Positions 30,810-45,094 of a stretch of 64,000 bases of DNA are shown piece after piece; position 1 is the stretch's first letter; each line of letters begins with the position of its first letter. A program made the translations under genes and the position numbers. This DNA comes from an uncultured Methanosarcinales archaeon (GTDB taxonomy: Archaea; Halobacteriota; Methanosarcinia; Methanotrichales; Methanotrichaceae), in contig CAWJKV010000007.1 of the NCBI GenBank assembly GCA_963843555.1, positions 32,001 through 96,000 of the forward strand, given 5' to 3'. The notes beneath the pieces are model-generated. The model searched no databases, was not told where the DNA came from, and was given only the letters and a program-made list of their open reading frames with translations.

Positions 30810-32768
30810 CTACTTGTCTTTCTCTGTCGCTTTCTTTCTCTTTACTGTGAAAGGCAACAGACCGCCTGCCAGGAGAATATCTCTCTGGCGTTTGGAGAGG
30901 TTCACTAACAGGCTTATCTCTCTATTTCCGGCCAGCGCCCTGATGTTTTCTTCGCCTTTCTCCAGAGAGCTGCGGATGCCCGGTATGCGAACCTCTGTTT
31001 CTTCCGGCAGCAATTCCCAGTCAGTATCCTTGGCAAAGGTGAAGGGCACTATGCCGAAGTTAACCAGATTGGCGGCATGTATCCTCTCTATGGATTTGGC
31101 GAATACGCCTTTCACTCCCAGGTACATGGGACACATCGCCGCATGCTCCCTGGATGAGCCCTGGCCGTAGCTAAGACCTGCAACGATCAGGTTATGGGTG
31201 CCCTGATCTCTAAAGGAGGATGCCCGGCGGCAGAATTCCTTATCCAGAGGCTCAAAAACGAATTCTGCATATTTGGGAACGTTGGACCTGTATTTGAGAC
31301 GAGATCCGGCAGGCATGATGTGGTCTGTGGTCACCAGATCACCGACTCTTATGGCGACAATTCCCTTGATCTCCTCTGGCAGTGGGCCGTTGACTGGAGG
31401 CTCTCCGATGTTGGGGCCTCGGCAGATCTTTATTTTGGCTCTTTCTGCCGCAGGAAGCGGTGGAATGATCATGCGGTCATCGATCTCAAAATGTTCCGGC
31501 ATCTCTATCACTGGAAAATCCATTCCCAGGTCTCTTGGGTCGATCAGCTTCCCGCTGAGGGCAGCTGCGGCGGCGACGACAGGGCTGGTCAGGTAGATGT
31601 TGGCGCTGGGAGTGCCGGATCGACCCTGAAAGTTGCGGTTGCTGGTGCGAACTGAGACCGAGTCCGTGCAGGGCGACATGCTGTTGCCGATACAAAAACC
31701 GCAGGATGACTCCAGTATCCTGGCTCCAAATGTTATGAGATCGCTCAGAGCGCCGTTCCTGGCAATGGCGCTCAACACCTGCCGTGAGCCGGGCGCGATT
31801 CCCAGAGATACTCCCGGAGGAAGAGTCTTGCCTCTCACCATTCTCGCCACTGTCATGAGATCCACATAAGAGGAGTTAGTGCAGGAGCCTATCATAACCT
31901 GATCCACGGGCAGATTGAGATCTCTGATCCTGGCGATGTTTCCCGGGCTGTGAGGGGTGGCTGCGAGAGGCTCGACTCCATCTAGGTCGATATCAATGGT
32001 GCGATCATAGAATGCATCCGCATCCGCTGCCAGAGCAATCCATTGATCGCCTCTTTCCTGTGCTTCCAGGAACTTCTTGGTCTGCAGGTCGCTGGGAAAT
32101 ATGGATGTTGTCACGCCCGTCTCTGCACCCATATTGGTGATAGTTGCTCTCTCCGGTACAGTCAGCCTGGCTACGCCTTCGCCTGTATATTCGCAGATGC
32201 AGCCAACGTTACCCTTTGTACTCAGGATTTGGAGAACCTTGAGAGCCACGTCTTTGGCTGTGGTCCAGGGCTGCAGTTCGCCTGTGAGGTGAACATTGAT
32301 CACGCGAGGGGCGGTGAGGTAGTATGCGCCTCCACCCATGGCCACTGCTACATCGAGCCCTCCTGCACCCATGGCCAGGGAGCCTACGCCTCCGGCGGTG
32401 GGCGTATGGCTGTCTGAACCCAGCAGAGTCTTGCCAGGTCTCGCGAATCTCTCCAGGTGGACCTGATGGCAAATGCCGTTTCCAGGTCGCGAGAAGTAGA
32501 TGCCGTACTTTTTCGCGATGGATTCCAGGTAGGCGTGATCGTCTGCATTCTCGTATCCTACCTGGATGGTATTGTGATCAACGTAGCTGACTGAAAGCTC
32601 GGTAGCTATATCAGACAGCCCCATGGACTCGAACTGAAGATAGGCCATAGTGCCCGTTGCGTCCTGGGTGAGGGTCTGGTCTATCTTAATACCGATCTCT
32701 TTGCCTATCTCGTAGGAACCATCCGCGAGGTGCTTCCTCAGGATTTTCTCAGTCAATGTATAACCCAT
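30810..32768 (-). CDS. Aconitate hydratase
   Basis: TQDATG, GICHQVH, GSDSHT, IGSCTN, CGFCIG, NRNF.GR, TTDHI.PAG, YGQGSSREHAA motifs. Confidence 0.93.
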   Translation of the reverse strand: MGYTLTEKILRKHLADGSYEIGKEIGIKIDQTLTQDATGTMAYLQFESMGLSDIATELSVSYVDHNTIQVGYENADDHAYLESIAKKYGIYFSRPGNGICHQVHLERFARPGKTLLGSDSHTPTAGGVGSLAMGAGGLDVAVAMGGGAYYLTAPRVINVHLTGELQPWTTAKDVALKVLQILSTKGNVGCICEYTGEGVARLTVPERATITNMGAETGVTTSIFPSDLQTKKFLEAQERGDQWIALAADADAFYDRTIDIDLDGVEPLAATPHSPGNIARIRDLNLPVDQVMIGSCTNSSYVDLMTVARMVRGKTLPPGVSLGIAPGSRQVLSAIARNGALSDLITFGARILESSCGFCIGNSMSPCTDSVSVRTSNRNFQGRSGTPSANIYLTSPVVAAAAALSGKLIDPRDLGMDFPVIEMPEHFEIDDRMIIPPLPAAERAKIKICRGPNIGEPPVNGPLPEEIKGIVAIRVGDLVTTDHIMPAGSRLKYRSNVPKYAEFVFEPLDKEFCRRASSFRDQGTHNLIVAGLSYGQGSSREHAAMCPMYLGVKGVFAKSIERIHAANLVNFGIVPFTFAKDTDWELLPEETEVRIPGIRSSLEKGEENIRALAGNREISLLVNLSKRQRDILLAGGLLPFTVKRKKATEKDK

Positions 32769-32904
32769 AAATGACCTCCCGCAGGCATATTAATCCTGGA
32801 TTATTAATCCTGAATCTCGGCTATGATCATATTAAAACTAAGCGATATGAGATGTCTATTTCTTATCTCACTATTTCGTCCGAGATGGAAGCGCGAACCA
32901 GTAG

Positions 32905-33180
32905 AGCAAAAAGGTTATATATGTCTGAGTTATTGGATGGGTTCGGCCCGCCTGGAAGGGTGTGCCAACGGGTCCTATAGATAGTGATTATAGGGCCTGA
33001 GTATGACATCGGTTCGAGGAAGTCAGGGTTTCTCTCTTCTTCCCAGAAATGGGATGGAAGGGGGGAAAAGGTTAAATACCTCGGCTGACAACCTTAATGG
33101 GCCGATGAGGCGTCGCAACACAAAGGCTACGACCCCGATTTGATGAAGGGCCGAGTTCCAAGTTGCGATATATAGAAAGA
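32905..33180 (+). promoter_or_regulatory. Tandem BRE/TATA promoters of the rRNA operon
   Basis: AAAAGGTTATATAT at about 32909, AAAAGGTTAAATA at about 33066, GATATATAG at about 33167. Confidence 0.55.
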
Positions 33181-33278
33181 TATGGAGACGCGAGTTTTTT
33201 CGTGTCTGACATTGGTCTTGGCGACTCAGCCAATTCCGATTGGTTCGGAATAACAAAAAAATATTTACTTCCTAGAGA

Positions 33279-34749
<1,471 letters not shown>

Positions 34750-34920
34750 AAAGTTATTGACATACAAACGTATGTCTCCCCGTGCCAATCGGCCTGTCAG
34801 TTCGAAAGATCTGATGGGGCCACGACGAAAGTCGTGGTAAGCTGAAAATGTCGACCGAGACCAAGAAAAGCGTAACCAAGTAGCCAGCTTATTGATAATC
34901 ATTAGCTGGGCCTGGATTTA

Positions 34921-34993
34921 GGGCTTGTAGCTCAGCTGGTAGAGCGCCGCCTTTGCAAGGCGGAGGCCCTGGGTCCGAATCCCAGCAAGTCCA
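34921..34993 (+). tRNA. tRNA-Ala(UGC)
   Basis: GGGCTTG acceptor stem, CCGCC-TTTGCAA-GGCGG anticodon arm, located in the 16S-23S spacer. Confidence 0.95.
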
Positions 34994-35123
34994 TTGAACC
35001 AATGCACACATTGAGGTCGACTCGATGTGGAAGGGTGGAGGTCCGTCCCTCGCAAGGGATCGGTCCGACGACACCATGCACAAGCTTTGCGACCAGACGC
35101 TCACTGAGTTTAGTGGGGCATAA

Positions 35124-38015
<2,892 letters not shown>

Positions 38016-38130
38016 GCTCCACTAAACTCGGGCGAAATCTGGTCGCAAAGCTAAAGCATGATAACCAAGTATCCCTGGACTTACGAGTCTGGGGAGGCAT
38101 AAAACCGGTTCGATTCCGGAACTTGGAATC

Positions 38131-38257
38131 GAGCATGGCGGCCAGAGCGGCAGGGAAACTCCTGAACCCTTTCCGAACTCAGAAGATAAGCCTGCCCACG
38201 TTCTGCACTGTACTCAGATGCGCGAGCTCTCGGGAACTGTAGATCGCTGCCATGCTC
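38131..38257 (+). rRNA. rrf: 5S rRNA
   Basis: GAGCATGGCGGC..CCGAACTCAGAAGATAAG..GCTGCCATGCTC terminal helix, followed by a T-rich tract. Confidence 0.95.
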
Positions 38258-38651
38258 ACCTAATATCTTTTTCTTCAACTCAAACTAGAGCTTAGGCTCG
38301 CTTAATTTCTGTATTTCAATCCCATTAGCCATATTGCTCGGATGACTATATTCAGCTTAGCGATGCTACAGGACTAATCGGGATTCTATGTGCCTAAAAG
38401 GCCAAGCTGCAGATCGCTGCCACGCTTGCCTTAACCTATTTTGGATTGACATAGAGGATTACAAGGATTATTACCACTCAAAACGCACATGTCCGGCTAA
38501 GGTCCAGTGGGCTATATTGCATCGACCTACAGCTGTCTCTGACAATCTCAGGCGCTTGACTCTGTCCTCATCGAGCAGGAGTTAATCATAAATACATCCT
38601 GAATCGCATATCCTGGAGCAAAGCGTGAGACTTTCCATCGAGATGGTTGAA

Positions 38652-39155
38652 ATGAAGATTCAGTTCATTTTGTTTATGGCAGTCTGTCTTGTGGCTTCTG
38701 CAGAAGTAGCGTACGGTGCTGACAAAATCCAGAGCGTAGGCGGCGACTTTGGAAGGTCATGGCTCGATAGCTACCTGGCTCAAAATCCCAAGCCTGGAGC
38801 TCAGGATAATGACAGTAATCTCTCAAGCTGGGGAGGCGCACCCAAAGGCAACTCTTCCGTAGGCAGCAATCTTGTTAATCAGCAGAAGGCAACGACCCCG
38901 CCTGTCCAGGAATGGCTCGGCATAACAACACCCCTGGGAATAGAGAATGATACAAGAAATAATTCCCTTAGTGAAGCCAGGAAGGAAATTCCCTTCTCTA
39001 TAAGCAAGACGATCACTCCTATCCATCAGATAGACGCAAGCTGGAACCAGACCTTACCTGAACAGCAGTTTCCACAACCTGATAAAAGTGGATTAATATA
39101 CGGAATTCCTGCAGAAACGTACTACTCTATTGGACCCGCGTATTTCAATTTCTAA
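38652..39155 (+). CDS. Secreted hypothetical protein
   Basis: Signal peptide; GGDFGRSWL and WGGAPKG motifs. Confidence 0.75.
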   Translation: MKIQFILFMAVCLVASAEVAYGADKIQSVGGDFGRSWLDSYLAQNPKPGAQDNDSNLSSWGGAPKGNSSVGSNLVNQQKATTPPVQEWLGITTPLGIENDTRNNSLSEARKEIPFSISKTITPIHQIDASWNQTLPEQQFPQPDKSGLIYGIPAETYYSIGPAYFNF

Positions 39156-39249
39156 TGCCGGGGATGCAATAATAATACCGAGTCCGAAGAACAAATGGAA
39201 GCTGGCCTGGAATGAAAATGGCAAATACCATAAGCCCAAGAAAAATTGC

Positions 39250-39468
39250 CTAGTGATGCGCGCCGTGCGCATCCCCGTGAGCGCCATGGGGCGCTGCATT
39301 AGATCCTGCCTTAACGGCCAGGAAATCCTTATCGATATAAGCCTGATGGGCCAGATCCAGGCACTCCTTGCAGATGCCGAACATCTCGTCCTTGGGGCCT
39401 TTAAGGGTTGCTAAGTTGAGTTTAACAGGAACAGTCTCCTTATCAACAAGACAGAGCGCGCACTTCAT
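39250..39468 (-). CDS. Small CxxC...CxxC protein with His-rich tail
   Basis: MKCALC...ICKEC...PHGAHGDAHGAHH; abuts the ubiX stop codon. Confidence 0.75.
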   Translation of the reverse strand: MKCALCLVDKETVPVKLNLATLKGPKDEMFGICKECLDLAHQAYIDKDFLAVKAGSNAAPHGAHGDAHGAHH

Positions 39469-40065
39469 CTATTTCACCTGTGCTCCGATCTGATTCAAAC
39501 GGTTATAAGCATTTCCTTTCCATCTCTTGTATAGATCGTTCTCCACCCCGAGAAGATCCAGCACACGGCCCGCTAGAACATCTACCAGCTCTTCCAGATT
39601 CTCAGGCCGGGAGTAGAAGGCAGGGCAGGCGGGCAGGATCACGGCTCCGGCTTCGCTGGCGGTTACCATGTTGCGGAGCTGCACCAGGCTCAGGGGCGTC
39701 TCCCTTGGCACCAGAATCAACTTCCTCTTCTCTTTAAGGCATACGTCGGCACTTCGTGTGATGAGCGTATCTGAGGACCCGCATGCTATCCCGGAGAGAG
39801 TTCCCATGCTGCAGGGGATGACGACCATGGCATCGATCAGGTATGAGCCGCTGGCTATGGGTGCGGCAAAGTCGCGGGGTGCATAGACATGGCTGGCCAG
39901 CTTTTCCACATCTTCTGGCTGAAAATCGGTCTCGATCTCTATGATCTTTCGAGCCGAATCGGTAATTACAAGATGAGTTATGCAGCCTTTTTCCCGCAGG
40001 GCCTGCAAGAGTCGAATGCCGTACTGCACTCCCGAAGCCCCGCTTATGCCCACAACGATTTCCAT
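39469..40065 (-). CDS. ubiX: Flavin prenyltransferase UbiX
   Basis: GISGASG, IASGS, PCSMGTL, LKEKRKLILVPRETP, PAFY motifs. Confidence 0.95.
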   Translation of the reverse strand: MEIVVGISGASGVQYGIRLLQALREKGCITHLVITDSARKIIEIETDFQPEDVEKLASHVYAPRDFAAPIASGSYLIDAMVVIPCSMGTLSGIACGSSDTLITRSADVCLKEKRKLILVPRETPLSLVQLRNMVTASEAGAVILPACPAFYSRPENLEELVDVLAGRVLDLLGVENDLYKRWKGNAYNRLNQIGAQVK

Positions 40066-40143
40066 ATAGATCCCTCCTGTTACTTTTTCAATATACATCG
40101 TTTATAAATTTGAGACTATCTCTTTTGGTCGCAATTTTCTTTT

Positions 40144-40590
40144 TCATATTAAACCTCTCTCGCGCAGAACCCTCTGTTCGTCTCCTGTGATATAAGCAAA
40201 GATCTTTGGCCTCTCTCCGATCGTTTGAAGCAGATAGATCACATCAAAATCGATTCTCTCTGTCGTACCGTCTCTTTTTATGTAGTTCGCCCGCCAGAAG
40301 ACCCTTGCCTGCACATGAAATTCATCCAGGACGGTTACTGTCAGGCCGGATATTTTCATGCTCTTGGTGCCTATGCTTCTGTAGAACTCAAAGCCCTGCA
40401 AAATTTGCGACTGGAACTGCTCATCATTTTTTCCGCAATTCACTCCGCTGGGATTGGCGGCTATGAAACAGTCGCTGAAGGCCTCGGCCGTTGCCACAGC
40501 ATCGATCACTGGCTTTTCACCCAGAGCGTTATTGACCCTCGCCTCATATTGGGCGAAGAACTCTCTTATTCTATCTGTCATTTCCTGCAT
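40144..40590 (-). CDS. NTF2/SnoaL-like protein
   Basis: FFAQYE.., FYRSIGT, IDFDVIYLL, KIFAYITGDE pattern. Confidence 0.65.
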   Translation of the reverse strand: MQEMTDRIREFFAQYEARVNNALGEKPVIDAVATAEAFSDCFIAANPSGVNCGKNDEQFQSQILQGFEFYRSIGTKSMKISGLTVTVLDEFHVQARVFWRANYIKRDGTTERIDFDVIYLLQTIGERPKIFAYITGDEQRVLRERGLI

Positions 40591-41272
40591 CTCTCGTCAT
40601 CTCCTCTAAACGCCTCTGCAGAAGAAACTCCCGGAAAGCATCCTCATCAGGCAGATCCGGCAGGCTGCTGGCCGCATATGCATCTTCCAGCTGAATCATC
40701 TTTTCCATGACCTCCCCGGCTCCCGGAGTATGCAGAATAGGTGCAAAGCAGATCCTGGCCTCCTTGAGGAGCTTAATTCCGAAATTGATGGTCCGGAGAG
40801 CCGTCCTGTAGCCTTTGCCCGACCTCTTCGTAGGCTTTTCCTCGGATTTGATCTGGCTTTCCGCCATCCCTTTGATGGAATGATAGGTCTTCCGGCAGAG
40901 GTTGGCCTGCACCAGGAAAGATAGCTCCTCCTGGATTTGAGAAGGCTTTATGATGAGCGGGCTTGAGACATACCAGATTGCGTTTACGTTTCCCTTGATG
41001 AGCTGATTTATGAGGTGCCCTATCTCCCAGCCTAATGTATCGTAAACCTCTCCTCCCCGGGCTGCTATCTCCTGGCGGACTGTGGGCGGAACACTCTCGC
41101 CCCGCAGGATGCTTCTTGTGGGTGAGATATAGATCATCACGAGGTCAATATCGCTTTCCGGGCCCTGCATGCCCCACATGTGCGAGCCGACGCAACTGAC
41201 GAACAGGGTTTCCATCCTGCTGTTATTGGTTTGTTCTATCTCCCGCAGATCGATATCGATGCCAAGGTTCAT
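40571..41272 (-). CDS. DNA polymerase beta-superfamily nucleotidyltransferase (YcgL/RlaP-like); start uncertain
   Basis: GSHMWG...SDID motif and KGNVN. Confidence 0.8.
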   Translation of the reverse strand: MNLGIDIDLREIEQTNNSRMETLFVSCVGSHMWGMQGPESDIDLVMIYISPTRSILRGESVPPTVRQEIAARGGEVYDTLGWEIGHLINQLIKGNVNAIWYVSSPLIIKPSQIQEELSFLVQANLCRKTYHSIKGMAESQIKSEEKPTKRSGKGYRTALRTINFGIKLLKEARICFAPILHTPGAGEVMEKMIQLEDAYAASSLPDLPDEDAFREFLLQRRLEEMTRDAGNDR

Positions 41273-41315
41273 GTTTTCACCAGATAAAATCATCCGCTGT
41301 CTGCCATTGTGTATC

Positions 41316-42254
41316 TCATCCCGCATTATTACTTGCAATCTTGCTTTTCTTCAGCCTCTCCATCGTGGCCGCCACCATCAGTGGAAGGGTTATGGTCGCG
41401 TCGCCATAAACCGTCACGTAGCTGGCTTTTTCCGAGATCTTGCCCCAGGAGATGGCCTCGGAGAGGGTAGCCCCGGATAGGCCTCCATTCTCAGGTGTAT
41501 CTGTGGTGAGCTGGATCGCGAGGTCGAAGCTCTTGGGGGTGACGAGCATGGACTGCAAAGCAAAGTTCTTGGGAACTCCCCCGCCCACTATTACTATTCC
41601 TGATCTCTCGCTATCATAGCAGATGTCAACGATCTCTTTTACATCGGCAAAGGCATCTACATTAAGCCTTTTTGTCTGGCTGAACATCCAGGCCTGCAGG
41701 CCGATCATGGAGTCAGGAAGGGCTGGGCAAAAGACGGGCACCTTCATCTCATAGGCCGAGCGCAGGATGGATCTATTGTCATTGATTTGACGGCCTATGA
41801 TGCTCATCAGCTCCCTCCCGGAAATGATTTCCGGCGTATCTGGCAGGATTTTTTGCATCAGCCCTTCGAATGCGACGAAATCCTCATCCCTCAGAAATAC
41901 ATCATAAATCCGGCTCATGCCCGTTGCTCGAAGAGCGGCATCATCCGACTCGGCGGATCCCAGGCAGTGGCATCCGAATGATTCAATGATGTCATGTACA
42001 AGGTTTGCTCCCGTGATCACCAGCACATCCACGTAGCCGTTTCGGATCAGATCGGAGACTATATTCCTCATGCCTGCCGGCACCATCGCGCCGGAGAGCG
42101 TCAAGAATTTGGTGAAATCTCCAGAAAGCATTTTTTCATAAATAGCCACAGCTTCTGCAAGTCTTCGGGCTCCAAAGCCGCAGTGGCCCAATCTCTCCAC
42201 CAGGGTGTCTATGCTCATCCCTGGCTCTATCTCCAGTTGGTGCACGATCTCCAT
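41316..42254 (-). CDS. dys: Deoxyhypusine synthase
   Basis: SGAMVPAGMR, TGANLVHD, GGGVPKN, GGLSGATLSEAISWGK motifs. Confidence 0.95.
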   Translation of the reverse strand: MEIVHQLEIEPGMSIDTLVERLGHCGFGARRLAEAVAIYEKMLSGDFTKFLTLSGAMVPAGMRNIVSDLIRNGYVDVLVITGANLVHDIIESFGCHCLGSAESDDAALRATGMSRIYDVFLRDEDFVAFEGLMQKILPDTPEIISGRELMSIIGRQINDNRSILRSAYEMKVPVFCPALPDSMIGLQAWMFSQTKRLNVDAFADVKEIVDICYDSERSGIVIVGGGVPKNFALQSMLVTPKSFDLAIQLTTDTPENGGLSGATLSEAISWGKISEKASYVTVYGDATITLPLMVAATMERLKKSKIASNNAG

Positions 42255-42387
42255 TTTATTCACCTTAATAATGATAATATCTCATAGATAGTTCAGGAAA
42301 ATTGTGATTGAACTTGTGCAACGCGAAATTTTTTCTCATAAACCTTTTATACCAGGCCTTATGTTTAGCTTTTACGGAGGATAAACA

Positions 42388-42792
42388 ATGCCCGGCGAAC
42401 CGATGGCAGTGGTTCCTTATATACCACTTATTATATTTTTGATAATGGGAGCTATAGTGCCCATTGCGGCCCTGGCGGCTATAAAGATCATAGCGCCAAA
42501 TAGATCAAGCCGCCAAAAGCGATCGATATACGAAGGTGGGCTGAAGCCAATCCGCGACGCCAAGATCCAGTATAGCGTTCAATATTACCTTTTCGCAATC
42601 GTCTTTGTGATATTCGATGTTGAGGTTTTATTTTTTTACCCCTGGATCTACGTTTACGCGAATGAAGCCATGCAGCAGTTCACGGTCTTCGGGTCGATGA
42701 ACTTTGCCGTCTTCGAGATGCTCCTATTTATCGTTGTACTGTTGGTTGGACTTATTTATGCTATCAAGAAGGAGGCTTTGCGTTGGGTATAA
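42388..42792 (+). CDS. fpoA: Fpo complex subunit A
   Basis: YEGG, YYLFAIVFVIFDVE..FFYPW motifs. Confidence 0.95.
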   Translation: MPGEPMAVVPYIPLIIFLIMGAIVPIAALAAIKIIAPNRSSRQKRSIYEGGLKPIRDAKIQYSVQYYLFAIVFVIFDVEVLFFYPWIYVYANEAMQQFTVFGSMNFAVFEMLLFIVVLLVGLIYAIKKEALRWV

Positions 42793-43355
42793 GCGATGTC
42801 ATACCCGTGCCCGTAGGTATCGACGAGGAGATTGAAAAGTGGACTATCTTTGGACAACCTGTAGTCGAGGCCTGGTTTACAACCACGGAGAAGATTCATC
42901 AGATCATTGAGATGGGGCCCATAAAGAATATCTTCAACTGGGGCAGGAAGAATTCGGTTTACTTTTTGATGCAGCCCATGGGTTGTTGTGGTGTGGAGAT
43001 GTTCGTCTTCGGAGCAGCACCCTATGATAGCGACAGATTTGGGTGCATCCCTAGGAATACACCGCGTCAAACCGACGTGATGATCATCTCCGGATACCTA
43101 ACCCGCAAGTACCTACCGGTCTTCAAGAATCTCTGGGAGCAGATGCCTGAGCCAAAATGGTGCATAGCCATTGGGGAATGTGCCATATCTGGGGGGCCAT
43201 TCTATGATTCCTATAACATCATCCAAAATACAGGCGATTACTTCCCCATTGACGTCTTCATCCCGGGATGTCCACCCAGACCCGAGCAGTTCCTCGAGGG
43301 CTTAATGAATCTCCAGGAAAAGATCAAGCAGCGCAAGGATAAGCGAGACTATTAA
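42783..43355 (+). CDS. fpoB: Fpo complex subunit B
   Basis: GCCGVEM, QMPEPKW, G.CAISGG, IPGCPPRP motifs. Confidence 0.95.
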   Translation: MGISDVIPVPVGIDEEIEKWTIFGQPVVEAWFTTTEKIHQIIEMGPIKNIFNWGRKNSVYFLMQPMGCCGVEMFVFGAAPYDSDRFGCIPRNTPRQTDVMIISGYLTRKYLPVFKNLWEQMPEPKWCIAIGECAISGGPFYDSYNIIQNTGDYFPIDVFIPGCPPRPEQFLEGLMNLQEKIKQRKDKRDY

Positions 43356-43369
43356 GGAGGGATCTTTTC

Positions 43370-45082
43370 TTGACAAATGCAAGCGAGGTTCTGAGCTCTA
43401 TTCAGTCCGCATTTCCTGGAGCCGTTCTGGACTCCAGAGTGGAGTCGGACCGGAGGCTCTGGGCCACAATCGATTCCAAGCTCATTTTAGACGTATGCAA
43501 ACACCTGAGTTCTAAACTCGATTTCGATCACTATTCTGGTGCTGCAGGCGTGGACTGGATCGCCAGGAACGAGATGGAAGTCGTGGAGATCATGGCCAGT
43601 CACGGAGCTCATCAGGTTGTGGCCATGCTAAAAGTAAAGACTCCCCGAGAAAATCCTTCTGTCAAATCACTTACCGGTCTCTACTGGAATGCCAACTGGT
43701 ATGAAAGAGAGATCTGGGAGATGTTTGGCATCAATTTCGAGGGGCACCCAGAGCTATATCCTTTGCTTCTATCGGATGAGTTGATGGGAGCCTGGCCCTG
43801 GAGAAAGGACTTTAAGGGCTATCCCGATCTGACTACGGGTGAGAGGGCTGTTCAGATCACGACTCCAGAGGGCTATACAGAATATCATGTCCCACCCACT
43901 CCGGCTGAAGTCGAGGCCGGGACCGCGGTCAGAGAGAAGCCAAAGTATCCCTCTTTTCGGGAAAGAGAGGAGTTGGAGATCAAGTCCGATGCCGAGATGA
44001 TCATGCACCTGGGCCCGCAGCATGCGATGGTTCCCGGTCCTTTCCTGCTGGACATCCTGGTTGAGGGGGAAAGGGTGAAGAAGGCCTTCTTGGATTTGGG
44101 CTACATTCACAAAGGCATCGAAAAGATCATGGAGAACAGGAGCTGGCTGCAGGGCATAACCTACACAGACAGAATGTGCTACGTGGCATCTCTCTCCAAC
44201 AATGAGTGCTACTGTGGCGCAGTAGAGAAGATCCTTGGTCTAGAAGTTCCCGAAAGAGCCCAGTATGTCCGCGTCATCCTGGAAGAGCTCTCCAGAATTC
44301 AAAGCCACCTCATAGGCACAGGCGAGTTCCTGACGCTCGTCGCAGGAGTCGGCTATGCACCGTGGCAGTACATGATCATGGACAGAGAGAAGATCATCTC
44401 TTTAATTGAGAGCGTTACCGGGGCCAGGCTGACTCACACCTTCGTGCGCTTCGGAGGGGTTAGAAATGACCTTCCGGAAGGCTTCGCCGAGCAATGCCGA
44501 AAGGTATTGCCATATATGAAGTCGAGAACGGAGGAATTCATTGAGCTTTTTGCGCAGGATCCGATATATTCTCTTAGGATGGAGAATATTGGCTCCATCC
44601 CACCCGAGACTGCCAAACGCATGGGATGCTCAGGAAGAGTGCTGAGGGCCTCGGGCGTCGCCTATGATATGCGAAAAGAAGATCCTATATTGGTCTATCC
44701 CGATCTGGACTTCAAGGTCGTAACCGGGACCAGAGGAGATTCTGCGGACAGAATCGATGTTACCCTGAGAGAGATTTTGGAGAGCATTCATATCATTGAG
44801 CAATGTCTGGACAGGATTCCCTCCGGTCCCATTAAGACGGAAACCAAGGTTCCCAAGAAGGTTCCGGCGGGGGAAGCCTACTACCGGGTTGAGGATCCCA
44901 GAGGCGAGATGGGAATGTACGTGATCAGCGATGGTGGCGACAAGCCCTACCGTGTAAAGGTTAGAGGGCCATTCTACGCTACCTTCCAGACTTTGACTCC
45001 GCTCTTGGAGGGAGTCTACATTGCGGATGCAGTAGCCATTGCCGGTAGCATGGATGGCTGCCCATCCGAAGCGGATAGGTAG
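43370..45082 (+). CDS. fpoCD: Fused Fpo subunits C and D
   Basis: ANWYERE..EMFGI.F.GHP (subunit C); GPQH, GYIHKGIEK, DRMCY, VEDPRGE (subunit D). Confidence 0.93.
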   Translation: MTNASEVLSSIQSAFPGAVLDSRVESDRRLWATIDSKLILDVCKHLSSKLDFDHYSGAAGVDWIARNEMEVVEIMASHGAHQVVAMLKVKTPRENPSVKSLTGLYWNANWYEREIWEMFGINFEGHPELYPLLLSDELMGAWPWRKDFKGYPDLTTGERAVQITTPEGYTEYHVPPTPAEVEAGTAVREKPKYPSFREREELEIKSDAEMIMHLGPQHAMVPGPFLLDILVEGERVKKAFLDLGYIHKGIEKIMENRSWLQGITYTDRMCYVASLSNNECYCGAVEKILGLEVPERAQYVRVILEELSRIQSHLIGTGEFLTLVAGVGYAPWQYMIMDREKIISLIESVTGARLTHTFVRFGGVRNDLPEGFAEQCRKVLPYMKSRTEEFIELFAQDPIYSLRMENIGSIPPETAKRMGCSGRVLRASGVAYDMRKEDPILVYPDLDFKVVTGTRGDSADRIDVTLREILESIHIIEQCLDRIPSGPIKTETKVPKKVPAGEAYYRVEDPRGEMGMYVISDGGDKPYRVKVRGPFYATFQTLTPLLEGVYIADAVAIAGSMDGCPSEADR

Positions 45083-45094
45083 GAGGGGGAGGAT

